DNA of 64,000 nt. Origin: Basidiobolus meristosporus CBS 931.73 (Eukaryota; Fungi; Basidiobolomycota). Each line of letters starts with the position of its first letter. Positions within the stretch are counted from its first letter, which is position 1. Positions 12,879 to 25,978 of the stretch are shown piece by piece. The translations under genes were made by a program, and so were the position numbers. Location of the stretch: positions 20,295-84,294 of the forward strand of contig MCFE01000378.1 of assembly GCA_002104905.1 (NCBI GenBank), written 5' to 3'. The notes beneath the pieces were generated by a model. That model saw only the letters and a program-made list of their open reading frames with translations, did not search any database and had not been told where the DNA came from.

Positions 12879-14372
12879 ATGACTTCTGAGATATCGGTCT
12901 TCACTCTTAACTGCTGGTAATGTCCTTTTCGGAACAGGGCCTCAATTTCTACGCCCTAGGTCTTCTTCATGGTTGTGCTAAAGAAGGCCTTTTTTTAGGG
13001 GCCTCAAGTTCGTCTCGCAAAAACGGCGTCAGCGCCTGAATGCGATTGCGCAACATCTGGCGGAATCTGAGTACGACATAGTGGGTCTTCAGGAGGTATG
13101 GGTCTTCGAAGATTTCGAGATGATCCGTCGAGTCGTGTCGGAAGTTCTCCCCTACGCTCGCTTCTTCCACACTGGAGTGTTTGGAGCTGGGTTGGCGATC
13201 TTTTCGAAATTCCCCATCGTGAACGCATTTGCAAGACCATACTCCCTCAACGGAAACCCCCTCAAAATCCTCCAAGGGGACTGGTATGTCGCCAAGGCGG
13301 TTGCTTGTTGCCACCTTTCACATCCCACGGCCGGGGTAATCGAAGTGTACAACACTCACGTATGGCTTTTTCCCGCCACTTTCCACCCCACAGCCAAGGT
13401 ACTAACTAGGACGACTTTAGCTAATAGCGCAGTACAGCAGCGAAGATGAGAATGCCTATCATCGTGCTGCTCAAGGCTGGGAGCTGAGCAGATTGCTAAC
13501 CGAAGCGGCGAGAAATGGGAATCACATCATTGCCGTACGTATATCATCACCTTTAGTTGCTTTCCGGTCCACTCACGCCTTTCCCTTCGATGCAGCTGGG
13601 CGACTACAACAGTATCCCCGATAACCTGGTAATCAACATGTTGAAAAACTACGCCGGCTTGACCGACTCTTGGGATCAAATGTGCGGAGTCAAAACGCGT
13701 GGCACCTCTTACAACCCCAATCTGAGTGTGGAGGATATTGTGCGAATGAATGGGTTGACGTGCGATGTTCCATCCAACACATTCACCAAGCAAAAGCTCA
13801 AACAGCAAATGACGAATCAGATGCCTGGCGAACGCTTGGACTACATCTTTTATTCGCAGAGTCCCTACTTCCGATGCAAAGATTCCCAGGTTTGCCTCAC
13901 CGGACTGGCGCCTGGACTTCAGTGCTCATACTCGGATCACTTCGCCGTGGTTTCCCAGTTCGAGATATCCAACAAAGCCTCCGGTGTAGAAGTGGAGTGT
14001 CTCGACGCCCATGTGGAGCCCAATGAGGGGCCCGGAGATTCCGACAAAGAGGTGAATCTGATAGAGGCGCTGTTGCATCTGGTTTGGGCTGGATTAAACA
14101 ATTCCCACCAACGTCGCAACGGGTATTACTGGAGGTTTTGGATCTCTTTCACTGCGCTGATCGTTCTCTACTTGGTCACGGTCATCGCACAGCCCGTGTC
14201 CTGGGTGATAGCACTCTTGAACCTTCTGCTGCTGGCGCTAGCTTTGTATGCATTCACCTTCTTCCTGGTGTCGATCCTCTACGCCCGACAGGAAGATGGG
14301 GCCTTCCGTAGGATATTCGAAGACGTGGATACCGTGAAAAATGTCGCCAACTCTGTTCATATCTCCATGTAA
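12879..14372 (+). CDS. ISC1: Inositol phosphosphingolipid phospholipase C / neutral sphingomyelinase, multi-exon
   Basis: Spliced product MTSEISVFTLNCW-GLKFVS..DIVGLQEVW..GDWYVAKAV..YNTHLIAQY..HRAAQGWE..GDYNS..LTDSW..GERLDYIFY..YSDHFAV, with two C-terminal TM helices. Confidence 0.95.
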
Positions 14373-14768
14373 ACTCTGTCTTTTGACTATACCGTTACTC
14401 ACAAATACCGAAGCTTTGCTCTCAATACCTTCAGGGCTCGCAGCACATCAATAAAATGGATTTCTCCCACATCATAGTATAGATGCTGAGTGGGTCACGG
14501 GCTGCTTACACCCATGTCACGGCGGTGCACACCCCTCAACAACAGACCGCTGTGTATATATATATATGCACACGGATAAACGTTGAGCGCGGGGTAGTAT
14601 ATGAGAGCGAATGCTGGTGTCTCAGCCAACGACTGAGAATATCTGGCGGTTGATCAAGATGTTGATGTTTATTAGTGTTCTAGGTTCTATGGATTATCAA
14701 GCACCGTGATGAGGAGAGGACGTTCAGATTTCTTTCGTTGAATTCAGTGTTCTAGGTGATCGCGGTAT

Positions 14769-15701
14769 CTACTCGGATTTCTTAAACTTGGTCACGAACT
14801 CAAGGAAGGCCTTGCGACAATCAGCTTTTGTCGGCATGACATGGCTAGGGAGGCATGAGTTGCGTTAGATCAAGGTCCATGGGTGCCACACCACTTCATC
14901 CACTTACCCTCCGGAATGCTTGACAACTACGGGATCAACAAAGCAGGTGGCCAACTCATCGCTTCTTTCTGCAAACCAAGGGAACGATTAGAGCGGGCCC
15001 CACTGCGGGATGCTTGGGCGCCACTTACCTGGAGAAATGATTCCATCGGCTTCTCCGGAGACGATCATGCTTGGGACATCTATGATCTGATCGTAGTAAG
15101 CGTCGTGAGGAGCGTAGGGATACTTGAAACCAGCAAAGATCATGGCGAATTTGAATCTGGACTCTTCAGGGGATTCGTTCTTCGTCTGGCGAGCGCAAAG
15201 GAGAGATACCAGGCCAGCACCTTGGCTGAATCCAAGAAGTCCGTCAAAAGGCCCCTAGGGTCATCAACAAGGTTAGATCGGGTACGAATTGCCGCAGCAA
15301 CATGGCAAGATACATACATGGGTCTTCATATAATTCTCAACATATTCAATGGATTCATCAACTCCTTGGCAGTATTTCTTGGTTCCATCTTCAGCAGTGA
15401 TGGGGGTGAACCAACCATAAATCTTGGGCTGCTCTTTCTCGGACGAATCTTCCTCCTTCTCGGGGGAATCGAAGGGCTCCACTTCGAATGGGGCATCTAT
15501 ATATACTACATATGGAGTGTTAAGACCGGTACGAAAAGAAGCAGTCCGTTGGGTGGGCGCAACAGACGGTCAGATATCTCACTCACCAAGCTCAGCCAAA
15601 TCATTCTTAAAAACCTTTCTCAGGTACTTGGTTTTGTAGGCGAAAATCTCGGCGGATTGAGCGTAGCCCTGAAGACAAAGGATGCGAATGGGTGCTGACA
15701 T
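14769..15701 (-). CDS. FSH1: FSH1/OVCA2-family serine hydrolase, multi-exon
   Basis: Starts MSAPIRILCLQGYAQSAEIFAYK; contains YGWF, GVDESIEY, GPFDGLLGFSQG nucleophile loop and C-terminal H..P..ADCRKAFLEFV. ATG at 15701-15699, stop at 14771-14769. Confidence 0.88.
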
Positions 15702-16805
15702 GAGTACTAACGGAAGAAAGCAAGATGGCTCCTAATGCGCCGCTCGACAACAGAACTAATTTATGGTGGTAATGACCAAATCGGCAGCAAGATTAGCCAG
15801 TTTTTTTTATTTCGAATTCCATATTCGTTCACTGTTTAGGTAGCTACCGAATGATGTTGATTCCGCATTCACCAGCACTCTTCGATGAGGTGATTATTCA
15901 GATCGATTGGTTTCCGATTGCGATCAATGAATAACCAGGTATGGAAAGGCATGTGCTTCGGCACATCCATATCGATATATACCCTACAAACAGTCGATAA
16001 ATGGAAATCTGATGGACTTATTAGATTCCCTACCCCTATCCTTCTATACCAGGCTGGCGGTAATTCACATGTAGCGTAGTTGCGAGATTCAGACAACGGA
16101 TGAACGCATTTATATGCAGATTAATAATCAAACGGTTTGTCTCGGATCCGGCTGATTCTGGCGGTTTGGTAGGCGTACGTGGCAAGCAAGCGACATTCTT
16201 CATTCCATCCAATGTGGACCTCTCTATGTATCCTGTGTTGGTCTAGTGAGATCTATGCAGCAAGTGTGGTTAAATTTGTCATCAGACTTGGGCACGGCAC
16301 AGGGAGGGATTACAACAAATGCTGGGATTGCCAGCAGTGCGTCTCGGAGCGGGAGTCTCGACACTGCACCTTTATGCAATTAAATAAATGGCACGTAGTT
16401 AACCGAAGTTGGGTATCGAAGTCCAAGTCTGGCTGGTTTGTTTAAAAACCATCTTTTCCACATATATTGCATTACGTTTATTATTTGAATATGTCGGATG
16501 CTTTATTTGACCTTAGGTTGTCTATCCAGCTGAGTCTCCAGTTCGGTGTCTTTTTGTTCTGATGCTAGTTTATTGCCTGGTTATGGTCCTGGCATCATCA
16601 CCATTTTTTCAGATAATGGGTATCCAAGGCTCACCACAATTTGATTAGATATATTATTCCACAAGTATGTCAAGGTCTTTTTCTGAACTACCTTATCTGC
16701 TTTAAGCATGGCCAGTTGTCCTACTTCTTTAAGTTCCACACCATGACATCTGTCTGGTGTGCTTTCTATTGGTTTGGGCTTGTCTATGCCAGTTAAAAGC
16801 TGTTT

Positions 16806-17150
16806 TGTTGTAAATTCTGTAATTGCACCTAAATATTCCCCTAACTTAGTTACCTAGATCATTACCTACAAATCTTAAAATATTCTGAGTAAATCCTGAC
16901 AAGGAATTTGGTCAGAATTCTCTAACCAAAATATCAGGTACACAGAATATGAAACTCATCAAAGCTGTCCAAACATACCCAAACTTTGCTCACATGTTCT
17001 TGGGACCTTTTTAAGCATATTCTGCATATTTGAATGGCCAAGACCATATAGAAGAATAGATACTACTTTTACATTCAATAAATCATTAAGTGATAATCAC
17101 ATAATCTACTTGTCCTCCCAATCACTTCCAAAATCTCCAAAACTCTTACA
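16806..17150 (+). mobile_element. Diverged solo LTR of copia family A inside the gene-rich region
   Basis: TGTTGTAAA..CTCTTACA aligns over ~345 bp with the LTRs at 29498, 32974, 39105, 43285 and 49475. No PBS or PPT next to it and no TSD seen. Confidence 0.85.
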
Positions 17151-17793
17151 GTGGTACCCCATGAAAAATCTCAGTTGGAATTCATTGGATTTTCAGCTGG
17201 TATTCAGCTGGTGTTTCTGCTTCAAATTTTTAGTTGCGATTTTGGTGGAAGTAATGAGCAGCTGATTACCAAATTTGGTATGAATGTTAGTTGGCCTAGT
17301 CTCCCCCTGGCAAGGATGTCTGCTTGTCTGCTGTGAAGCTAGTACCTGAGATATTGAGAGTTGTCACTTTTGGGAAAGTTGGAATTCAGCTGATATTATG
17401 ATGGTATTCTGCTGGCCTTGTCTTAATTTTTTTTATTAGGGAGTATTTAAGCTATAAGCCATGAATATACCCCCTATGGTATAGCATAGCAATTAGGTCA
17501 TATTGGGTTATATTCTGGGAAACATCAAAACACTGGTGTTGCATGAGCCATCTTTTGAACCTTCGTAGTGTTCCCTATGACTATGTTTAGGTCTATAGTG
17601 TGAGTAGAACTAATGTCATACTCCTGCGAGACAAGGCAAGCAAAAAATCATTCTATTAATGCAATGCTTGAAAGTCTTACGTGTGTGCATTCAAAGAGAA
17701 TATTGAACTAAATTTATTGAGCCTTCAGACATGAAATACACATCCGCGAATTATTGAACAAACTCTATCCTGAGTAGCCCACAGGTCTTCTAC

Positions 17794-18464
17794 TTAGAAT
17801 TGATCAACAGTCATTTGCTTAGCAATATCAGTAATCTCTACAAATCTACGGAATTCTTCGAAGCTGATTTTACCATCGCCATCTTGGTCAGCTTCCATGA
17901 TGGTTTTGTCGACAATTTGCTGCAACTGGTTATCCTTCAAGTTATTGCCAACCATCATTTTCAGCACCAAATAAAGCTCTCCGTTGGAAATGTACCCGTC
18001 ACGATCCATGTCGTAAACCTTAAACGCATCTACAACAAAAGGAAGAGGAGTCTCGTTACATAAGGCACTCAGTGATGCTAAAACATACGCAGACTTACAC
18101 CCAAGTTTCTCGGATTTATTCCCTTTGGCGCTGAACACGCTAAGGCCGTTAATGAATTCTTCAAAGTCAACATCACCACCACCATCTTCATCAAAGATGG
18201 CGATCATACGATGGGCGAGTGGGTTATTGGCTATCTGAGGAATAGCCAAAAACTCATCTTTGTCAATCGAGCCGCTACCATCCTTGTCTAACTTTTGAAA
18301 ACGTTTGTATAATCGTTGGATCTCCTCGGCGGTAACTAGAACGAAGCAATATATGGGTTATAAACAATTATCAGGAAGATTGAGAAAGGCTGGTATAGTC
18401 TTGTTGACTTACAATTCGAGGAATTTACCATGCTATCTAGTTGAGCTGATTGAGCGTTACCCAT
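17794..18464 (-). CDS. CNB1: Calcineurin regulatory subunit B, 3 exons
   Basis: [12 protein letters not shown].. (myristoylation Gly), four EF hands ([36 protein letters not shown]); two GT-AG introns. Confidence 0.97.
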
Positions 18465-18764
18465 AGTTTGAAGTCGGAGAGAGCTTACCCTTACGATTGA
18501 AACTGAATCCTAGGGAACTATTTATCTCAGTGATCATATGGTCAAGCATCAAACCCTGTTTACCTATAGGTAGCATTAATTTGTTCCTCAGCGCAACCAT
18601 AATAATCATACCCCAACCTTAAATAAACTGGGAATTTATTGCTTAATAGTTGATTAAAATAAACAAGGCTCAATCTATTATGTCATTCCGTTCTTTGCTA
18701 ATCATGTTCACGATGCTTCGCTTTGGTCGTGATAACTTATTAGCGTATTCGTCACATGAATTAA

Positions 18765-21030
18765 TCACCCATTTCTACTGGTCAAAAGTGGGTCATTTTC
18801 GTTGACAGAGATAGTGCCATCCCTCAGGTAGTTGCTATTGTTAGACTCCACCTTAGAAAGAATATAATTGTAGTTGACCATCATGCCTAGTGACTGAGCG
18901 ATTCCTTTCTCTACAAAGAAAAAACTGGTGAATTGAAATCAGATAACCTGGTTTATTTAGATCACATACCTGAGACGTCAGCTAGCCAATTAATCCTGTG
19001 CACACAAGCTCCATTGCGAATATGGAAGTTGGCTAGAAATCAAGTTAACTCTGTGCAGCAGTCAAATGAATAGCAGCATGTGGAGAATAATTACCAACTG
19101 GGTCATACGCTAGATAGCCTCGCTTTTGGCTCAGCAAATACCTGAAGACAAAGTTAGTACACAGCGAATCCAAAGACACCACTGTGTGGAGCCGACCTTG
19201 AGCATAGACGCATCAAGGGTTGCTTTACCAGCCCGGAAAGGTTAGGATCCTTGAACCAGTTGGTAGTTTGAATAATGTCCTATACAAAGAGGGCGTCTAT
19301 TGAGCGCCATAGAATCTCTGCAAATGATACAACCTGAACCTTCATACTTGCAATATTTGGATAGGCTGTTTGGTGCCTAGAGCCGACAAGAGCTTTGCTT
19401 CCTCTGGAGTAATGAGGTCGGATACTTGTTGCGAGAACTGGCTGTTAAGCCATTGGCGGAATCTGGGGATAGGAGACAGAGTGCAGAAAGTATGAATGAA
19501 AGGGAATTCCTTTTGAAGGGCTTCAACTACACTTTTGATCAGAGAATTCCCTAGCTCAATGCCAGACAAGCCACGCTGTGAGGTAATCGAGTAAAAGATG
19601 GCCGAGCGAATGGTTTCAGAAGGGTTTACATGGCTGGGTGAGGGGTCGTTCAAGATTTTCTGAAGTATTGTGTGAATATTTGAAAGCCTTGTAGATCCGG
19701 GCGTTATCTTACTTGGATATTGTCTGAGATATCTGTCACAAGAGCTACTTGAACAAAGGCCAACGGATCATTTGGCATTCCTCGGTGAAAGAACCCGAAG
19801 CATCTTCTCCCACGACCAACACGCCTACCAATCATACAGTAAGCATCATGGATGTGCTACATACCTCACAGCTTACCTTTTCAAGTCAGTCCAATCCTGG
19901 AATCCATGGACTGCCTCGTATTGAGTCATCTTCATCGAGAGTTAGTATGGCTGGGTTCAACAAAATAGCCATGTCCACAGCACCTTTTCTAGTGTTATAG
20001 CAGGAGAACTCCAGGTTATCCTTTGAAGCTCCAGGAATCCTAGCAACCAGGATTGAAGTTTCTCCATTAATGCATCAGACATTGAGGCAACGCTAGCACT
20101 CGACTTGTCCTGGGCCAAGACCTCCTATATCCACGACTGAGTAAAGTTCCAAAACCATCATTGGGTTTGCATTACCAGCAAGTCGCTCCTCATATCTATT
20201 AGGAATCTCAATCCATTGGCAAGTCGGTAGACTTGATCAAAAAATCGGTTGTAGAGCGGGGTCGACGTCTGATTTAGAATCTGTTGGGTCCGTAGTAATG
20301 CCCTATCTGTATTGCCCTATACCAGTGTTCGGTCAGTAAAGGCAGGGTGTTCTATTTCTAATCAAGTCTTACTAACTGCACGGTCTGACGCAATATTCAT
20401 GTATTGCCCAGCGGCGCTTAGAATCTCATCCTGAGGTGCTCCTAATAATAGACATTTCAATTATCACCTGCCCTTTCGGATAGCCAAAGACGGATAGTAC
20501 CAAGCTCTCTGCTCATACGTTTCAGAAACTTGAACTTCTCTGCCTAGAATGCGGAATGGAGTTAGGTGCTTGGCTGGATCGAATACTGCTTTGGGGTGAC
20601 CTTGTTTAGGGATTCATATACTATCCAGCACTCATTTGTCATACTTGATGGAGCTAGACTTCTAGGGTTTTGCTTGAAGTGCGAGCGTAGCTGGTTAAGG
20701 ATATGTTGAGCCCGCATCTGTCCATCCGACTCTCCTAAAGTGAACCCAGGGTATTGGCATTGTGTTGTATAACACTCATTCAACTATCCAGTATCAGGCA
20801 TACCCTGTTCGACCACCTTGCCCTGATGTTGATTACCAAAATCGAGAGGTGCCTTTGCATATGTACGGCCCATTGCAATGTTATCAAAATGGGCTGATAG
20901 AGAATACCGACCAGTTAGTGCATGCTGTAAAATGATCTACAAAAACAGAAGATTACCTTGATAGCGAGTGATATTAGGAGTTAAATGAATGGATTGAAAT
21001 GAGAGGCCGAGATTTGTGAAAGGTACACGA
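18765..21030 (-). CDS. MLYCD: Malonyl-CoA decarboxylase, multi-exon; start codon not fixed
   Basis: AIFYSITSQRGLSGIELGNSLIKSVV..TFCTLSPIPRFRQWL, then DPVANFHIRNGACVHRINWLAD..GIAQSLGMMVNY. Stop at 18767-18765; the 5' boundary is approximate. Confidence 0.9.
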
Positions 21031-22199
21031 AGCTGATATATAAATGTTTATATGTGAATGTGAATGGTAGATTGATATTGACTTGGATTGTGGATTATGA
21101 TGAAACAAGTGAGATCATAGCCTGACTGTGGGAAAATTTTGTAATTCGTAAACAATGAAATATTGATCTGGTTTAGCATGTACAATGTAACTACCAGCAG
21201 TTCAAATGCGAGACACCACATGGATGCTGCCCAGAGGGCTCCCACACTAGGGTGTGCTGCTATCCCTCCAAATCATCCTCGGCAGTAACTGCGAAATACT
21301 CGGGTGTGGGGAGTCGGCCTGCCGATTCTCCCATGGGCTTAGTCATCAGCAAATCCTGGGGTATGGTAATATTCCTCTTTCGACTTCACCCAGCGCAAAG
21401 ATACAAACTGCCCCTTGCCGTGAAGTACTAGCTGTATGAATGCCATACTCTGTGATAGCACACCCTATGCCTATTTTCAACGTATCGTTCTTTTGGAACA
21501 TCGTGGATTCCGCTGTGCAAGGGGAGTTGTAAACAAAACTATATATGGTGGTCCCCCTTATTTATCCAGTTACTGATAATCCAACATCAACCCTTATCTC
21601 AATCACTGATGGCCGGCTATTTGAAATCTAATTGATAATTAAGCTTGCTTAATACTTACCTGGTGATTCCTATTGAAGTGTGGAAGCCCATTGGATTGAT
21701 TAGCTAGCGTATACTCATGGTGACTCAACCTCAAACAAACAAGGAAATTTTATTGTAGGGCAAATGGCATTGTGCTTGGAGAGGACAGTGCATGGAACAG
21801 TCGGAACCGACATCTGAAGGGGAGACGATTTATATAGAAGATCAATGATAAGGCTAACGAGTTTAAATTGGTTAGACCTGGGTTGCCAGATCTGTCTCGG
21901 ACTTGGATATATCCAAGGCACAGCTACGACCACAATATATGCAGGTCGCTACTACTGTCCATCTCATTTGGAAATGGTTTAAAGGAGACAACCAAAGTAA
22001 CACCAATGACAAATTTATGACTGGTCACATTGGCTCTGCAGACCCCGCAATGGTACACTATAGCTTCTATGGTGTTGTGATTGGCAGGAAGGTTGATATA
22101 CGATTTTTATCAATTCTACCTTGGTGACAAATGAAGATCAAGCAAACAAAATTGGTCTCGTTCTGATACACGTAGCAGTCGGCATGTACTAAGCTAACC

Positions 22200-23641
22200 C
22201 TACGTACGTGCCCAGAGCTTTCGGTTCCGGACCAGGCGCAGAATTAAAAATATAGATCCTCCGATGAGCATAGCAATGCCAGCGTAGAGCATGACAGGGA
22301 CATACGTGTTTCGTGGACGACTATGATCCACGATCACTCCGCCAACTGGGATTCCAATTAGATAGCCAAAGCCAGTAGAGGCATAAACCAGCCCAATTGT
22401 GGTGGCGATCTTCTCAATGCCTATGGTGAAGGTATCGTAAGTGCCGGGTTGGTTAGGTGCTACTCTTGGCCGTGGTCCTACTTACCGAAAAGCTCTGCTG
22501 AGACCACCGGAAGCATGCTGATGTATCCTCCTCCGAAGAAGCCATAGAGAATGGCAAATGCGAAAACTGAGGAGAATGTGGTGGCGAATGGCCAAAACAC
22601 CAATATAATAAGGGAATCGAGCAAAACACAGAAGGAAATGGCGTTGATGCGACCGACTTTATCCGCGACTAATCCAAGAACCACTCTGCCTACTGCCGAC
22701 GCTCCATTAATGAACCCAGTAATCAGTGCCCCTTGGCTTGCGGTCATGCCTTTGAAAACTGCATAATCTAGATATCCGAGGCTTGATAAGTTCCTGAGGA
22801 ACACACGCTACAAAATTGCTACTTACTAGATACATGGAAGAATGGGATCATGTAGCCAATGCTCAAAACAAGTGCTCCGCTGAATAGCAGCTGGAAGTAG
22901 CGCTGCTTGAATAGACTTAGATCGATTAGGACTCCACGTGGAGGCAGTTGCAGTCTAGTCTTTAGGAGTGCAGAAGCAATGGCCAAAATAACAAACGCGC
23001 ACATGCCAATGATCCGAAGTGTCCATTGATATCCAACCACATCTATAAGTTTCCTTGTGATAGGGCTGAGGGATAAACCACCAACGCCCGCGCCGGCGAC
23101 TGCAATGCCTGTGGCAAGACCCCGGTATTTTACAAACCATTGAGATGGAAGGCTCACGGCCGGGCAGAAGCACAATGAAGCACCGATTCCATACATCAAC
23201 CCTTGTGTTAAATAAAGGTGCCAAGGCTGGGTAGGTAATATTCAAGTCAGTAGGTAGTAGTTTTTGATGAAAAAACGCATATTCTACCTGAGTGGCGAAG
23301 GAAGCTGCGATAAGTCCTCCCCCTACAAAGAAGCACCCAACAAAAGAGATCACTCTGTAGCCGTATCTATCTGCGAGGTGGCCCGTAAAGATGCCAAATA
23401 TGGTCATGAACGAGGTAGCGAAAGTGCCAACAAGCGAAAGAGTCGACATTTTGACTTTATGTTGAAAGAGGTCGTTGTAGTAAAAGGTTTGATACACACC
23501 GAAGGTATAGGAGATCCCCAGGGTTACGAAGTGAATCAAAAAGCTGCTTAGAACTACAAACCATCCATAACCACCATCTGGCAAAGGAACCTCCTCATTT
23601 TTGAGAGTGAAGTCCTTCTTCTCTTCCGAAGGCTTGGGCAT
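22200..23641 (-). CDS. MFS monocarboxylate-transporter-like permease (MCT/Mch family), multi-exon
   Basis: PDGGYGWFVV, GHLADRYGYR, SQWFVKYRGLATGIAVAGAGVGG, GLVADKVGRIN motifs and a 12-TM pattern across ORFs 22955, 22819 and 22478. Stop at 22202-22200. Confidence 0.93.
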
Positions 23642-24626
23642 AATCTAATGGCCACACGTGAGGTGCGTATGGATTCGTTCAAGCGGCGGGTCACTTTCAA
23701 GGTACCATCAAGGCCGAATATATAGTAGTTGACTCGGTCCAGCTAGCCTAACCGAAAAAAAGGCCTCGGTGATTCAGAAATTTTAAAGTTACACAATCTA
23801 GGAAGATTTCGATTTTTCCTCTGAACAAGGCCAATTGCAAGTTCTGCAATGGTGAAGCTTAATCAAAATTGGTCGGCCAATCGTCGCTCTCGCGCATTTA
23901 TCTTATCACCCACGGTTAATCTCTTTGAATGGGCCTTGGCCCTATACGCGGAAGGGGTGACCATTCAGTACATATATATACGTGCTACATCCCTAACTCA
24001 ACTACCCTTTTATCAGAGATTATCCTGGCCACCCATATATTTGTATGTTTGTTTGCAGACACTGAGCCACGCTACGGGCACTTCCGAAGAGTGGGCCTAG
24101 AGTGCGACCCTTCAGGCAAATGGTATCGGTAGATGAATGATCATCTGATTCTGGTAAGAGTTGCTCTTTCGGTGATGGTCCCAAGTGGTGGCGGATCATG
24201 GTCTCAATTAGGATGCCTTAGGTTCCCTAACTTAACTACCTGGATTGATCTAAATCTTCCTATTAAGCCAAGCAAGTTTGCTTATGCAGCTGACACATTC
24301 TACTTGAAATGGTCGGGTAATAGATCGCTCATAAAATAATGTGACTTTGCTGTGACTTTGATAGAGCCCACCTGAATCTACTCCATGATGCAGGAGTCAA
24401 AGCAATGTCTGGTACATGCTATTTAAATAGCTTGGTATGTAGGAGACTGGTTTGTACTTCACTCAAAATTAAAAGCGAGTCAGTCTTCCGGTGTCCAAGC
24501 AGAGAAACCGTATTCTTCTACACCGCCAGTTGCTAAGTTAAAGGTGCAATTCGACAAAGAGTAATATCGTGGAGGGAGAGTCACATACGGGAGAGCCTTT
24601 AAAAACGCGTGGTTGGATCTCATGTC

Positions 24627-25978
24627 ATGGGTAACGAACCTAGCAAACAGTTGGTAAACCTCCCATTGGGTTACCGTAAACGTGGGAAAACTCAGCCGGT
24701 GTCCATTCATTTTCCTCACAATAATCGAGAAAACAGTGAATACGTTCGTGATGTACACTTGGTCATGCTGTCGTCTTCACCGGAAAGTGAGGAAGAGGAG
24801 GAGGAAGAGAGAATCGGCACTGAAGATGACCGATACATATCCAGTCACGAAGAAGGTTCACTGGATAAACTGGCGGAATATGGCATTGAGGCTTTCACGT
24901 TCACCAATCTAGATTCCTTGATAAACATTAGCCTCTGTTCTAAAGGGTTGATTCGCCTGTCGCGCAATATAGGCCACCTTAGTAATTCCCATTACTTCCA
25001 GCTGTAAGCAAATATTCTATTACGAACGTTAGCACGAGTGTCAATTAACATTGTTCCTTTAATAACGAGTATAGCTGCTGCAACAAACTACGAACAGTGC
25101 CTCTAGAGATAGGATACCTCCAGCAGCTGACCATTCTTGATCTCTCTAATAATCAAATAGAGACCCTCCCGGAGACACTAGGATTACTCACTGCTTTGGT
25201 GGAGCTGAAGTTATCCGACAATAAGTTACGAACTCTGCCTCGTTCTATGGCTGCGTTAACACAGCTATCGGTGCTTAGACTAAACAACAATTCCTTTCAA
25301 GAGATTCCGCGGCTTGTAGGACATCTTACTAACCTAGTGAATCTCGACGTCGCCAATAACAATATAAAATACCTGCCAGCAGAAATCACTCGACTACCGT
25401 TTCTAAGAAGAATCTGGGTAGATGACTGCCCACTCATTACAGAGATCGACAGCTTCACTTGCCAGCCCAGTTCAAGTCCCCAAAGCCTTCTCGAGGCCTC
25501 GGCACGCTCCATCATCCGGAACAGACTGCCTGTTCACAAGTACGCACCAAAGCGTATACTGAATTATTTACAATCCGCCAAGACGTGCACATATTGTGGA
25601 GGTCCATTTTTTGAGTATTCAGTCATCAGGGCCCGGATGCTCGAAAAGAATGACCAAGCCATACCTATTGTGTATTACTTATGCGAGGCTCATTGGAATA
25701 CCGATGCTGAGCGGGTGAAGCTATTATTCTGTCAACGAGCCGGGAATTCCCACAGAACCTATGCCAACTCGACCAAGAAGAAGAAGGGGTCACAACGTAG
25801 TGACTCGGATAGTTCCATTCCACAGCTGCCGCCATTGCCCTCCCACTCGTCCCGGTTTTCTACTCTGATTGCTGGTCGCCGACTGCTTCGCAAGAGTCCT
25901 CTCTTGCAAAACCAGAGCCACGCCAATCCTGGTGGTGGCAATTTAACAATGGCTGCGACTACTGAATTTGTTGCATAG
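24627..25978 (+). CDS. LRR protein with LRRC58-like C-terminal BC-box/cullin-box and Cys/His module, 2 exons
   Basis: MGNEPSK start, about 6 SDS22/RAS-type LRRs (LTILDLSNNQIETLP..), then SLLEASARSII..PKRILNYLQSAKTCTYCGGPFFE..PIVYYLCEAH. Confidence 0.82.

Noticed and set aside
14550-14572. (TA)n tract with palindromic flanks
   Set aside because: An ordinary short microsatellite between convergent genes.
14883-15698. 271-aa plus-strand ORF
   Set aside because: Antisense shadow of the FSH1 gene; no independent motif. The same applies to most short ORFs overlapping called genes and TEs.
16450-16805. Faint resemblance to a gypsy integrase (AHQTD..DNWP) on the minus strand
   Set aside because: Too degraded to support by eye.
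21652-21663. ATACTTACCTGG, identical to the 5' end of U1 snRNA
   Set aside because: No U1-70K loop (GATCA.GAAG), U1A loop (ATTGCAC) or correctly spaced Sm site follows. It is equally the reverse complement of a 5' splice site (CCAG/GTAAGTAT).
21240-22130. Short ORFs and splice-like signals between MCD and the MFS gene
   Set aside because: No frame on either strand could be joined into a recognisable protein.
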